From Cylindrospermopsis raciborskii Cr2010 (GTDB lineage: Bacteria > Cyanobacteriota > Cyanobacteriia > Cyanobacteriales > Nostocaceae), in assembly GCF_003367075.2 (NCBI RefSeq), contig NZ_CP065936.1, positions 3,180,001-3,212,000 of the forward strand: DNA of 32,000 nucleotides. Reading direction: 5' to 3'. Positions 8,126 to 15,759 of the stretch are shown here, one piece after another. Made by a program: the position numbers and the translations under genes. Position 1 is the stretch's first letter. Every line of letters starts with the position of its first letter. Under the pieces are notes generated by a model, which worked only from the letters and a program-made list of their open reading frames with translations, was not told the DNA's origin and did not search any database.

Positions 8126-9349
8126 CTATGAAGACATTGATTGAGCTTTGAGGGCGTGTGTCCCACGCGCCTTTATATTTATAGCCGCATTTAGATCCCG
8201 GCACAAGCTGACCTTGCAATTAGGGCAATTGTGCCTTCTTTCTGATAGCGGCTTTTTGACTTTGTGTCCACAGTTAGAACATTCTTGGTTCGTACCGTTT
8301 GGATTTACAGCTATCACTTTCAAGCCAGCATTCTCGGCTTTGTTTGAAAGTATGGTGATGAACTGTCCCCAACCAGCATCGTTAATACTTTTAGCCAATC
8401 TTGTTTTAGCAAGTCCTTTTATATTTAATTTTTCAACAGCTACTACGTCATACTTTTTGAGTAGATTATTAGCTGTTTTGAATTGGAAATCTTTTCTAGT
8501 ATCAACAACTTTCTTGTGTAGAATACCCAGTTTTTTAATCGCTTTTTTACGGCGATTAGAACCTCTCTTCCGACGAGAGACACGACGTTGCGCAGATTTT
8601 AACTTGCGTTCAGCTTGGCGTAGAAACTTAGGTGCGGCAATTCTTTCACCGTCTGAGGTGACAATAAAATCAATCAATCCGACATCAATACCAACAATAT
8701 TATTAGCATTAAAATCAGGCTTAATTGTGGGAACTGTTTTGTCGTCAAGACTTAGAGTTACATAATACCCGTCTGCTTTTTTAGTGACAGATACAGTTTT
8801 AATTTGAAACCCGTCGGGAACTTGACGATGAACAATTACTTTAACATCGCCTATTTTTGATAGCGTAATCTTGTTATTGACAAAGTGATGTTGTTTGAAT
8901 TGAGGAAAAGTAAATGTTTTATATTGTCCCGTACTTTTAAATCTAGGTCTACCAGACTTTTTGCTGTTGCTATCACCTTTTAACCATCGGTCAAAAGCTA
9001 ACTCAACTTTCTTTGCGACTTCCTGTAGCACCTGAGAATGAATCTCTTTGTACCAAGGACGGTCTTTTTTAAGTTGAGTTAATGATGCTTTTTGGTTGTA
9101 ATAATTAGGTTGCTCTTTGAGTTCTGGTAAATGACAAACGAATATGGAACATCTATTAATAGGGGAACGATTTTGTTCATACCAATCAAACCGTTGAGCC
9201 AGCAAATAATTGTATTGATAGCGCAGCATTTCTAGCGTTTTATCAATCTTTTCTGCTTGCTGTTTTGTCGGTTTAATTTTGTATTGATAGGATATCCGCA
9301 CCTGATTATCGCCTTTTTCTGATGTTGGTGTTACTATTCTAGTATACAC
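8126..9349 (-). CDS. tnpB: TnpB (IS200/IS605 OrfB, RuvC-like RNA-guided nuclease family)
   Basis: Typical N-terminus (R)ISYQYKIKPTKQQAEKIDKTLEMLRYQYNYLL. RuvC-type acidic residues are in context: GIDVGLIDFIV, VVAVEKLNIKGL, CRDLNAAINI. Zn ribbon CSNCGHKV...CPNCKV. The true start may be the internal GTG at 9301. Confidence 0.9.
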   Translation of the reverse strand: MYTRIVTPTSEKGDNQVRISYQYKIKPTKQQAEKIDKTLEMLRYQYNYLLAQRFDWYEQNRSPINRCSIFVCHLPELKEQPNYYNQKASLTQLKKDRPWYKEIHSQVLQEVAKKVELAFDRWLKGDSNSKKSGRPRFKSTGQYKTFTFPQFKQHHFVNNKITLSKIGDVKVIVHRQVPDGFQIKTVSVTKKADGYYVTLSLDDKTVPTIKPDFNANNIVGIDVGLIDFIVTSDGERIAAPKFLRQAERKLKSAQRRVSRRKRGSNRRKKAIKKLGILHKKVVDTRKDFQFKTANNLLKKYDVVAVEKLNIKGLAKTRLAKSINDAGWGQFITILSNKAENAGLKVIAVNPNGTNQECSNCGHKVKKPLSERRHNCPNCKVSLCRDLNAAINIKARGTHALKAQSMSS

Positions 9350-9377
9350 TAATTATGAGAAATATGGCAAGAAGCTT

Positions 9378-9512
9378 ATGAAAAATGATTTTGTTTCAAA
9401 GGGAAGGTCAGTCAGTGACTTAAAAGTACATCTAGTTTTAACGACAAAATATAGGCGCAAAGCCTTTACTGGAGATATGTTACAGCGATTACATATCATC
9501 CTAGCAGAATAA
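9378..9512 (+). pseudogene. tnpA: Remnant (44 codons) of the IS200/IS605 Y1 transposase TnpA
   Basis: My translation is MKNDFVSKGRSVSDLKVHLVLTTKYRRKAFTGDMLQRLHIILAE*. It matches the TnpA N-terminus (HxVxxxKYRRK) but stops before the HUH and catalytic Tyr regions. It is divergent from tnpB with a 28-bp spacer. Confidence 0.7.
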
Positions 9513-9575
9513 GACAGTGTTCGTTTTCTCCATGTTCCCTATTAGTCAGGGAACTGTCGTCAACTCACGCGCCAT

Positions 9576-11618
9576 TCATCCCACGCTCACTCTTAGGAGC
9601 GTGGGGCTTCTGTCGGCAAAGCTAATGGCTTCAATGAGCAGTTCTCGCAACTCTTTGCCGGCGATCGCTTTGCCCAAGACGTCAAAAACCTGTCCTCCTA
9701 GGGCTTTTTGTTCGGCTTCTAGTTTTTCTAGGAGGGTGCGATAAACGTCTCCTTCTCGGGTTTCATGGGCGACCAGGTTCCAGAGATGACATACTTCTGT
9801 TTGTCCAATACGATGAATGCGACCAAATCTTTGTTCTAGGCGGTTGGGATTCCAGGGGAGGTCGTAGTTAACCATCAGATGGGCTCTTTGTAGGTTTATA
9901 CCTTCACCTGCTGCGTCTGTGGCAAGGAGGACTTGTACTTCTTTATCTTGTTTGAAGTTTTCTTCTGCTTTTTTGCGGTCTTCTCTTCCCATAGCTCCAT
10001 GTATGGTGACTACGGTTTCTGAGTTACCTAGGAGGTTGGCAATTTTATCTTTGAGGTAGTTAAGGGTGTCTCTATGTTCAGTGAAGACGACTATTTTACG
10101 TCGATATCCTCCTTGATCAAACATTTCTGCTTTATCTTGGAGTAGATGGGAGAATTCTTCCCATTTGCGGTCTTTCCCGCTTAGACGCACGCTGTTGGCT
10201 AGGTCTTCTAGGTTTTTTAGTTGGCTGATTTCAAATTCTAGTTCAGCAATTGTACGTGCTGCTGTGGCTTGATCTACTACTTCTTCTATGGTGGATTCCC
10301 GCTCTGTGCTATCGCTATTTTCTAAGTCATCATCTATGTCTTCTTGGTCAATAATACTACCATTTTCTACTTCTAGGTTTTTTCCTCGTTTGAGTAGTTG
10401 TTCTTCTCTGACTCGTTTTGCTAGTCTTTCTCGTCGTCGTTTCAAGGACTGATAGATGGCTTCTGGGGATGAGGCTAAACGGCGTTGTAGGATGGTGAGG
10501 GCAAAGCCGACTGTTCCTTTTCTGCCATTATTAGAGAGCATTTCTGCTCGGTTAAATTCTTCTCGGACGTAATCTGTTACTTTGCTGTAAAGAAGAGCTT
10601 CTTGGTCGGAGAGTGGATAACTAACTGTATGGGCAATTCTTTCTGGAAACAGTGGTTTGCCATCAAACTTGAGTAATTCTTCCTTAACCATACGACGCAT
10701 CAGGTCGGATGTGTCTGATACATGAACACCATCCCGGAATCGCCCCTCAAAGCGATCTCCATCCAGGAGGGCAAGGAATAATTGAAAATCTTCTTCTTTG
10801 CCATTATGGGGTGTGGCGGTCATAAGGAGAAAATGGCGGGTGAGGGTGGAGAGGAGTTTGCCCAATTTGTAGCGTTTGGTTTCTCGAATTTCTCCACCAA
10901 AAAACGAGGCGGACATTTTGTGAGCTTCATCGCAAATGACCAGATCCCAATCTGTGTGCTGGAGTTTTTTTTGTAAGTCATCATTGCGACTGAGTTTATC
11001 TAGTCTGGCAATAACCAAGTTCATTTCATCAAGAGCATTACCAGTTATAGCTGCTTCTATACGTTCATTAGTGAGGATTTGGAAATGGAGGTGAAATTTG
11101 TGATGTAGTTCATCTTGCCATTGGACCGCTAAACTTCCTGGACAGACAATTAAACAACGGGCTAGATCCCCACGAATTAGTAGTTCTCTGATTAATAGCC
11201 CTGCCATAATAGTTTTTCCGGCGCCTGGGTCATCAGCAAGAAGGAAGCGGAGAGGTTGGCGATTGAGCATTTCACTGTAAACAGCAGTGATTTGATGGGG
11301 TAAAGGTTCTACTAGTGATGTGTGAACGGCTAGAAGTGGGTCAAATAGATAAGCTAGGTTAATGCGATGAGCTTCAGAAACTAGGCACAATGTTTCCCCG
11401 TCACCATCGAAGCTCCAGGGTTTTCCCTCGTTTACAATTTGTAGGCTTTCTTCTCTATCTCGGAAAAGTAGTTCTGTGTAAGGACTACCGTGGATATCTT
11501 TGTAGGTTAATTCAACTGTGTCTGTTCCGAACCACTTGGCATCAATGACTGTAACACCTTGACCAGGTAGAATGCCATTTATTATTGACCCTTGTTTTAG
11601 CTCTTCTAGTTTTATCAA
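9576..11618 (-). CDS. SNF2/COG0553-type helicase, copy A: native codons 1-665, C-terminus replaced by 15 IS-derived codons
   Basis: Walker A LLADDPGAGKTIMAG, DEAH box LVICDEAHKM, motif VI NPNRLEQRFGRIHRIGQ. Native sequence ends at 9622 (..LRELLIEAI). The tail SFADRSPTLLRVSVG* is read from the IS200/IS605 left end. Confidence 0.9.
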   Translation of the reverse strand: MIKLEELKQGSIINGILPGQGVTVIDAKWFGTDTVELTYKDIHGSPYTELLFRDREESLQIVNEGKPWSFDGDGETLCLVSEAHRINLAYLFDPLLAVHTSLVEPLPHQITAVYSEMLNRQPLRFLLADDPGAGKTIMAGLLIRELLIRGDLARCLIVCPGSLAVQWQDELHHKFHLHFQILTNERIEAAITGNALDEMNLVIARLDKLSRNDDLQKKLQHTDWDLVICDEAHKMSASFFGGEIRETKRYKLGKLLSTLTRHFLLMTATPHNGKEEDFQLFLALLDGDRFEGRFRDGVHVSDTSDLMRRMVKEELLKFDGKPLFPERIAHTVSYPLSDQEALLYSKVTDYVREEFNRAEMLSNNGRKGTVGFALTILQRRLASSPEAIYQSLKRRRERLAKRVREEQLLKRGKNLEVENGSIIDQEDIDDDLENSDSTERESTIEEVVDQATAARTIAELEFEISQLKNLEDLANSVRLSGKDRKWEEFSHLLQDKAEMFDQGGYRRKIVVFTEHRDTLNYLKDKIANLLGNSETVVTIHGAMGREDRKKAEENFKQDKEVQVLLATDAAGEGINLQRAHLMVNYDLPWNPNRLEQRFGRIHRIGQTEVCHLWNLVAHETREGDVYRTLLEKLEAEQKALGGQVFDVLGKAIAGKELRELLIEAISFADRSPTLLRVSVG
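9622..9889. repeat. 268-bp block identical to 14995-15262 (helicase codons ~577-665)
   Basis: Base-by-base comparison by eye found no differences. Confidence 0.9.
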
Positions 11619-11696
11619 ATTTAGTCTCTCTCTTGCGATCGCATTTCTATATTTTTATCCTCCAGTCCCTATTCTAACACAGTATTTTTTGGGCGA
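11121..11696. repeat. 576-bp block duplicated at 15262-15837 (helicase codons 1-166 plus 78 bp upstream)
   Basis: There are six differences, at 11127, 11148, 11211, 11220, 11400 and 11409. All are third-codon positions and both copies encode identical protein. Confidence 0.9.
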
Positions 11697-11886
11697 ACAG
11701 GCGATTGGGAAGCACTCCCTATGGGAGATCACTTTCTTATGTGGATCCATCTATATTTAGCCTGCTATATGTTGTATAGTTCTGGATTTGTACTGTTACA
11801 CTGAGTAAGTTTTTTATCAAGTTGCTGTATTAAATAGAAAAATAATCTCATACTAAAGTTATTTTATCTACAGGTGACTGTTTTAA

Positions 11887-11929
11887 TATCTACCCTAAGA
11901 TGGATTAAATATCTATCTTAGGGTAGATA
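11887..11929. repeat. Perfect 15-bp inverted repeat with a 13-nt spacer in an AT-rich intergenic region
   Basis: TATCTACCCTAAGAT (11887-11901) and ATCTTAGGGTAGATA (11915-11929) are exact reverse complements. Confidence 0.8.
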
Positions 11930-12091
11930 CAAGGAGCAAGTAGTGTTTATTGAGAATAGATTTTGATGACATTTTTGCTGATTTACTGTTTCTCGAATGC
12001 TTTTTTCACTCTCTATGTTTATTTTTATGCTAACTTTGATTTTTTATCTCAGTAATTTCCCTCCCTGATAGTTGAGGGTGCGGAATGTGGG

Positions 12092-12126
12092 TATAATGGC
12101 AGCAAAATATTTACCAAAATGGTAAA
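12092..12126 (+). promoter_or_regulatory. Candidate -10 box plus palindromic operator upstream of the higB-like gene
   Basis: TATAAT at 12092-12097 lies 49 nt upstream of the ATG at 12146; there is no convincing -35. The palindrome TTTACCA-AAA-TGGTAAA at 12110-12126 sits between the -10 box and the start codon, where an HTH antitoxin operator would be expected. Confidence 0.4.
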
Positions 12127-12145
12127 CTAAAATATAGTTCCATCG

Positions 12146-12475
12146 ATGGATATTACCTTCGCTGACAGCAAACTTCAGAAGCTATGCGAGCAGCAATCGG
12201 TCGCCCAACAGAAACTGGGTCGAACCTGCGCTCGTAAACTTCGCTCTCGCCTCGCTGACCTTCGTGCTGCGGGGTCGGTAAGGGAGCTGGTGTCAGGGCG
12301 GCCGCATCCCTTAAGAGGCGATCGCGCTGGGGAGTTTGCTGTAGATCTAGAAGGTGGGAGACGACTCGTCTTCAAGCCAGCTAGTACTCCTATCCCTATA
12401 AATGAGGATCGAAGTATTGATTGGTCGAAGGTCACTCGCGTCTGTATCGTTTTTATAGGGGACTACCATGACTGA
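12146..12475 (+). CDS. higB: HigB-like (plasmid-maintenance-killer / RelE-superfamily) toxin
   Basis: 109 aa. The pattern ...RLADLRAAGSVRELVSGRPHPLRGDRAGEFAVDLEGGRRLVFKP...VCIVFIGDYH matches the HigB/killer family (..L...P...HPLKGDR.G.wsv.v....R..F......v....DYH). It overlaps the downstream gene by 8 nt (ATGACTGA). Confidence 0.7.
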   Translation: MDITFADSKLQKLCEQQSVAQQKLGRTCARKLRSRLADLRAAGSVRELVSGRPHPLRGDRAGEFAVDLEGGRRLVFKPASTPIPINEDRSIDWSKVTRVCIVFIGDYHD

Positions 12476-13613
12476 AATTACACGCCCCTTCACCCCTGAT
12501 TGGGTCTCTCCTCCTGGTGATACTATTCTGGATCTGCTAGAGGAACGCGATTGGACGCAGGGCCAACTGTCAGAGCGTCTGGGGTATACAACAAAGCACA
12601 TAAGCCAACTGATTAACGGCAAAGCACCGATTAATGAGGAGACTGCGCTTAAGTTAGAACGGGTACTAGGAAGTACCGCTGGATTCTGGCTTAACCGGGA
12701 GGCTCAGTACCGCGCTCAACTTGCCAAGATTGAGGAACAAGAGCGTTTGCAAACCTGGACTCCCTGGTTAGATGAATTACCCGTAAAGGAGCTGATGCAG
12801 CAAGGAGTAATCCCAAAGCGTCGAATTGATGCTAAGAGTAAACCTGGCATTGTCAGGGAACTACTACACTTCTTTGGTGTGGCATCACCAGATGACTGGC
12901 AAACCTTTTACGTTGGGATGGAGTGTGCCTTTCGTCGGACGCGAGAGGCTCAAAGTGATGTGGGAGCGATCGCCGCCTGGATTCGGCAAGGGGAAATTCT
13001 TGCGGAGCGGCTCAACTGCCCGAAGTACAGTAAGCCAAAATTCGAGAAGGCGGTGCGAGAGATTCGCACGCTCACCATGTTAGAACCCGAAGAGTTTGAT
13101 CCAGAGATGCGGAAGCTCTGCTGGGAAGCCGGAGTGGTATTTGTGATTGTCCCGTCAATTCCAAGGGCGCACGTAAGCGGGATGGCCCGGTGGTTAAATC
13201 CGCACAAGGCACTGATTCAGCTATCGCTCTATGGCAAGCAGAACGACCGCTTCTGGTTTACCTTCTTCCACGAAGCAGCTCACATTCTTCTTCACGACAA
13301 AAAGGATATCTTCCTAGATGAGTGGGATGGAGGAGCAGTAGTGCAGTCAAAGCAAGAGGAAGAAGCAAACTGCTGGTCACGGGAGTTTTTAATTCCGCTA
13401 CATCACGAGTTAGAACTACCTAATTTGAAGTCGAAGGAGGCTGTAATTGACTTTGCCAAGCGGATTGGAATTCATCCCGGTATTGTGATAGGAAGGCTTC
13501 AGCACGATAAAGTGATTGCTCCTACTTGGATGAACGGTTTGAAGGTAAGTTTTCGGTTCAAAGGGAATTGTGCCTCCCTACTTAACTCATCCCAAAAGAG
13601 CTTGTCCTGGTGA
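12468..13613 (+). CDS. HigA-type XRE HTH antitoxin fused to an ImmA/IrrE (COG2856) Zn-metallopeptidase domain
   Basis: N-terminal HTH: DWTQGQLSERLGYTTKHISQLINGKAPINEETALKLERVLG..FWLN. C-terminal HExxH: FWFTFFHEAAHILLHD. The start is translationally coupled to the toxin stop. Confidence 0.75.
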   Translation: MTEITRPFTPDWVSPPGDTILDLLEERDWTQGQLSERLGYTTKHISQLINGKAPINEETALKLERVLGSTAGFWLNREAQYRAQLAKIEEQERLQTWTPWLDELPVKELMQQGVIPKRRIDAKSKPGIVRELLHFFGVASPDDWQTFYVGMECAFRRTREAQSDVGAIAAWIRQGEILAERLNCPKYSKPKFEKAVREIRTLTMLEPEEFDPEMRKLCWEAGVVFVIVPSIPRAHVSGMARWLNPHKALIQLSLYGKQNDRFWFTFFHEAAHILLHDKKDIFLDEWDGGAVVQSKQEEEANCWSREFLIPLHHELELPNLKSKEAVIDFAKRIGIHPGIVIGRLQHDKVIAPTWMNGLKVSFRFKGNCASLLNSSQKSLSW

Positions 13614-13671
13614 TGTTTATTTCCTCTTTCTTTCATTTGGTTTCATCCCAGCTAAAAGCTTACTCCCCTAC

Positions 13672-13900
13672 GATCGCCCGTAGGGAGTGTAATGCGATCT
13701 CGCGTAGCGAGTGCTTCGCAATCGCCCATAGGGGGTGTAATGCAATCTCCCCTCAACACATTCAGATTTTTCCCTACTTAATTCTAGGGAGTGCTTCGCA
13801 ATCGCCCTTCAACACCTTCAAAATTTTCCCTTGAGAAGGAACTAGGGGGATAATCTCTAAGAGCGATCGCCCAGAGGGAGTGCTGCGCAATCGCCGACCA
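13672..13900. repeat. Cluster of short dispersed cyanobacterial repeats built around HIP1
   Basis: Three copies of (G)GAGTGCT(T/G)CGCAATCGCC, two of GATCGCCC(G/A)TAGGG(A/G)GTGTAATGC(G/A)ATCTC and two of CTTCAACAC-like ...TTCA(A/G)A(T)TTTTCCCT. Related motifs occur at 11701-11726 (inverted) and 17965-17980. Confidence 0.7.
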
Positions 13901-13917
13901 AACAAAAGATGGTATAT

Positions 13918-14268
13918 TTAACGTGTCCTTGACTTATTATTGTTAATTGTCCATCCAATATGTATATTAGCTCCTCTTAAACCATGATAGCTAACACCCA
14001 CTGTAAAACCTGAACCAGTATAATTAATACCAGCTTGACCGGTAAAATCGGTACTGGTAAAACTATCTTTTTTATAAAGCCATCCAGTAGCGTTAGACCG
14101 TATGATATTGGCTCTTTCAGCAAAGTAGAAACCAGGTCCCCCATATAAAAATAAATCCTGACTTATCGGTAAAAAGCCCAACAGGTCTATTCCTAGTTTT
14201 GAAGTCTCTCTTTCTCCAATACTTGTGTAATAGTTGTGGGGAATATCAAATTTCTCTATTGTAGGCAT
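13918..14268 (-). CDS. Hypothetical protein with an alternating beta-strand-like pattern; possibly a fragment of an outer-membrane beta-barrel
   Basis: 116-aa ORF (..GFTVGVSYHGLRGANIHIGWTI..). The frame is open for another 34 codons upstream (..WYGLEIGVASFGN) into the end of helicase copy B. No family recognised. Confidence 0.3.
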   Translation of the reverse strand: MPTIEKFDIPHNYYTSIGERETSKLGIDLLGFLPISQDLFLYGGPGFYFAERANIIRSNATGWLYKKDSFTSTDFTGQAGINYTGSGFTVGVSYHGLRGANIHIGWTINNNKSRTR

Positions 14269-14294
14269 ATTGCCAAATGAGGCGACTCCTATTT

Positions 14295-15759
14295 CTAAAC
14301 CATACCAGTCTCTTCTAAAACCAACTGCTCCAGTAATTGTTTTTCTTGTTGCAGGTCTTTCAGGCGTTGGTTAAGACGGCTTTCTAGTTCGTCCGCTCTG
14401 GCTTGGGCTTTGTTAGAATTTAATCTGGCATTAGGTTTGCCTGCTTCTTCTTGTAAACGCAGTTGGCTGGCTCGATAATCCCAATAGTTGATTTCTTTGG
14501 TTAATCGGTCTTTTACTGCTTTCATGGTCTTTTCTATTAATTCTTCTTTTCTCTGTTTTATCTCTTGCAGGTGTGCTACAACTAGATTGGTAATGGCATA
14601 TTCTATGGCTTTCTTTTCTATATTATTTTCTATTTGTAGTGAATCTAGTATGGGATCTACTAGGGATTTTTCATTCTCTTTTAAGGGTCTATAGTTCAAA
14701 TAGGGTGCATAGCCTGCATTTTTTACTTGGTTTTCTTTGCTGTCTTCATTTTGCTTGTTCACTCTCAGGGGAATTTCTACATACTGCATGCGCTTTGAGA
14801 CTACTCTTCTTTTTCCATCCCTATTTAATCGGGCATCTTGAATGGCATGTTCTAAATATACTAGGGCGCGAATCTCTTCTGTATAATCATTTTCATCAAT
14901 TAGTATGGCTCCTCTTTTGAGTAGTTGCTGTTGATCTAGTTTCTCTTTTACAACTTCGTTTAGTCTGGCTTTTACCTCTGGGCGATCGCCATATCTAATG
15001 GCTTCAATGAGCAGTTCTCGCAACTCTTTGCCGGCGATCGCTTTGCCCAAGACGTCAAAAACCTGTCCTCCTAGGGCTTTTTGTTCGGCTTCTAGTTTTT
15101 CTAGGAGGGTGCGATAAACGTCTCCTTCTCGGGTTTCATGGGCGACCAGGTTCCAGAGATGACATACTTCTGTTTGTCCAATACGATGAATGCGACCAAA
15201 TCTTTGTTCTAGGCGGTTGGGATTCCAGGGGAGGTCGTAGTTAACCATCAGATGGGCTCTTTTGGACTGCTAAACTTCCTGGACAGACGATTAAACAACG
15301 GGCTAGATCCCCACGAATTAGTAGTTCTCTGATTAATAGCCCTGCCATAATGGTTTTTCCTGCGCCTGGGTCATCAGCAAGAAGGAAGCGGAGAGGTTGG
15401 CGATTGAGCATTTCACTGTAAACAGCAGTGATTTGATGGGGTAAAGGTTCTACTAGTGATGTGTGAACGGCTAGAAGTGGGTCAAATAGATAAGCTAGGT
15501 TAATGCGATGAGCTTCAGAAACTAGGCACAATGTTTCCCCATCACCATCAAAGCTCCAGGGTTTTCCCTCGTTTACAATTTGTAGGCTTTCTTCTCTATC
15601 TCGGAAAAGTAGTTCTGTGTAAGGACTACCGTGGATATCTTTGTAGGTTAATTCAACTGTGTCTGTTCCGAACCACTTGGCATCAATGACTGTAACACCT
15701 TGACCAGGTAGAATGCCATTTATTATTGACCCTTGTTTTAGCTCTTCTAGTTTTATCAA
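14295..15759 (-). pseudogene. SNF2-type helicase, copy B: codons 1-166 joined out of frame to codons 577-898 by a 1231-bp internal deletion; it carries the C-terminus missing from copy A
   Basis: Track ORFs 15241..15759 (172 aa) and 14295..15248 (317 aa) match copy A for residues 1-166 and 582-665. The junction at 15262 corresponds to copy-A positions 9889|11121, a deletion of 9890-11120 (1231 bp, not a multiple of 3). Past LIEAI it continues RYGDRPEVKARLNEV... for 233 more codons. Confidence 0.9.

Larger units (their letters stand above)
8080..9621 (-). mobile_element. IS200/IS605-family element (tnpB plus a decayed divergent tnpA). The 9621 boundary is exact; the ~8080 boundary is approximate.
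   Basis: Subterminal hairpins lie on the same strand at both ends, each followed by GGGCTTCT: 8084-8107 (CACACTC-10 nt-GAGTGTG) and 9580-9605 (CCCACGCT-10 nt-AGCGTGGG). The 9621/9622 boundary is defined by comparison with the uninterrupted helicase copy at 14994/14995. Confidence 0.8.

Noticed and set aside
13610-13834. The 74-aa ORF in the track.
   Set aside because: It is composed almost entirely of HIP1-containing dispersed repeats (repeated ...IARRECNAISRSECFAIAHRGCNAIS...). It is a repeat artefact, not a gene.
14269-14370. The idea that helicase copy B's stop at 14295 is a fusion junction with the downstream beta-barrel-like ORF, whose frame stays open 34 codons upstream into the helicase 3' end.
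   Set aside because: The overlap is short and ends at an in-frame stop (14371-14373). Without a full-length homologue I cannot tell whether 898 aa is the natural helicase end, so I left it as a caveat rather than a claim.
2306-15000. Many 60-205-aa ORFs antisense to or overlapping the large genes, for example 2480..2665, 2534..2845, 2817..3098, 4829..5023, 5877..6320, 8148..8765, 10782..10976, 12175..12435, 12347..12622, 12826..13083, 12950..13207, 14488..14694 and 14639..14920. There are further examples at 26351..26632, 27415..27672, 28970..29194 and 29491..29766.
   Set aside because: These are shadow ORFs inside well-supported genes on the opposite strand or in another frame. They are low-complexity or Cys/Ser/Leu-rich and have no recognisable motifs.
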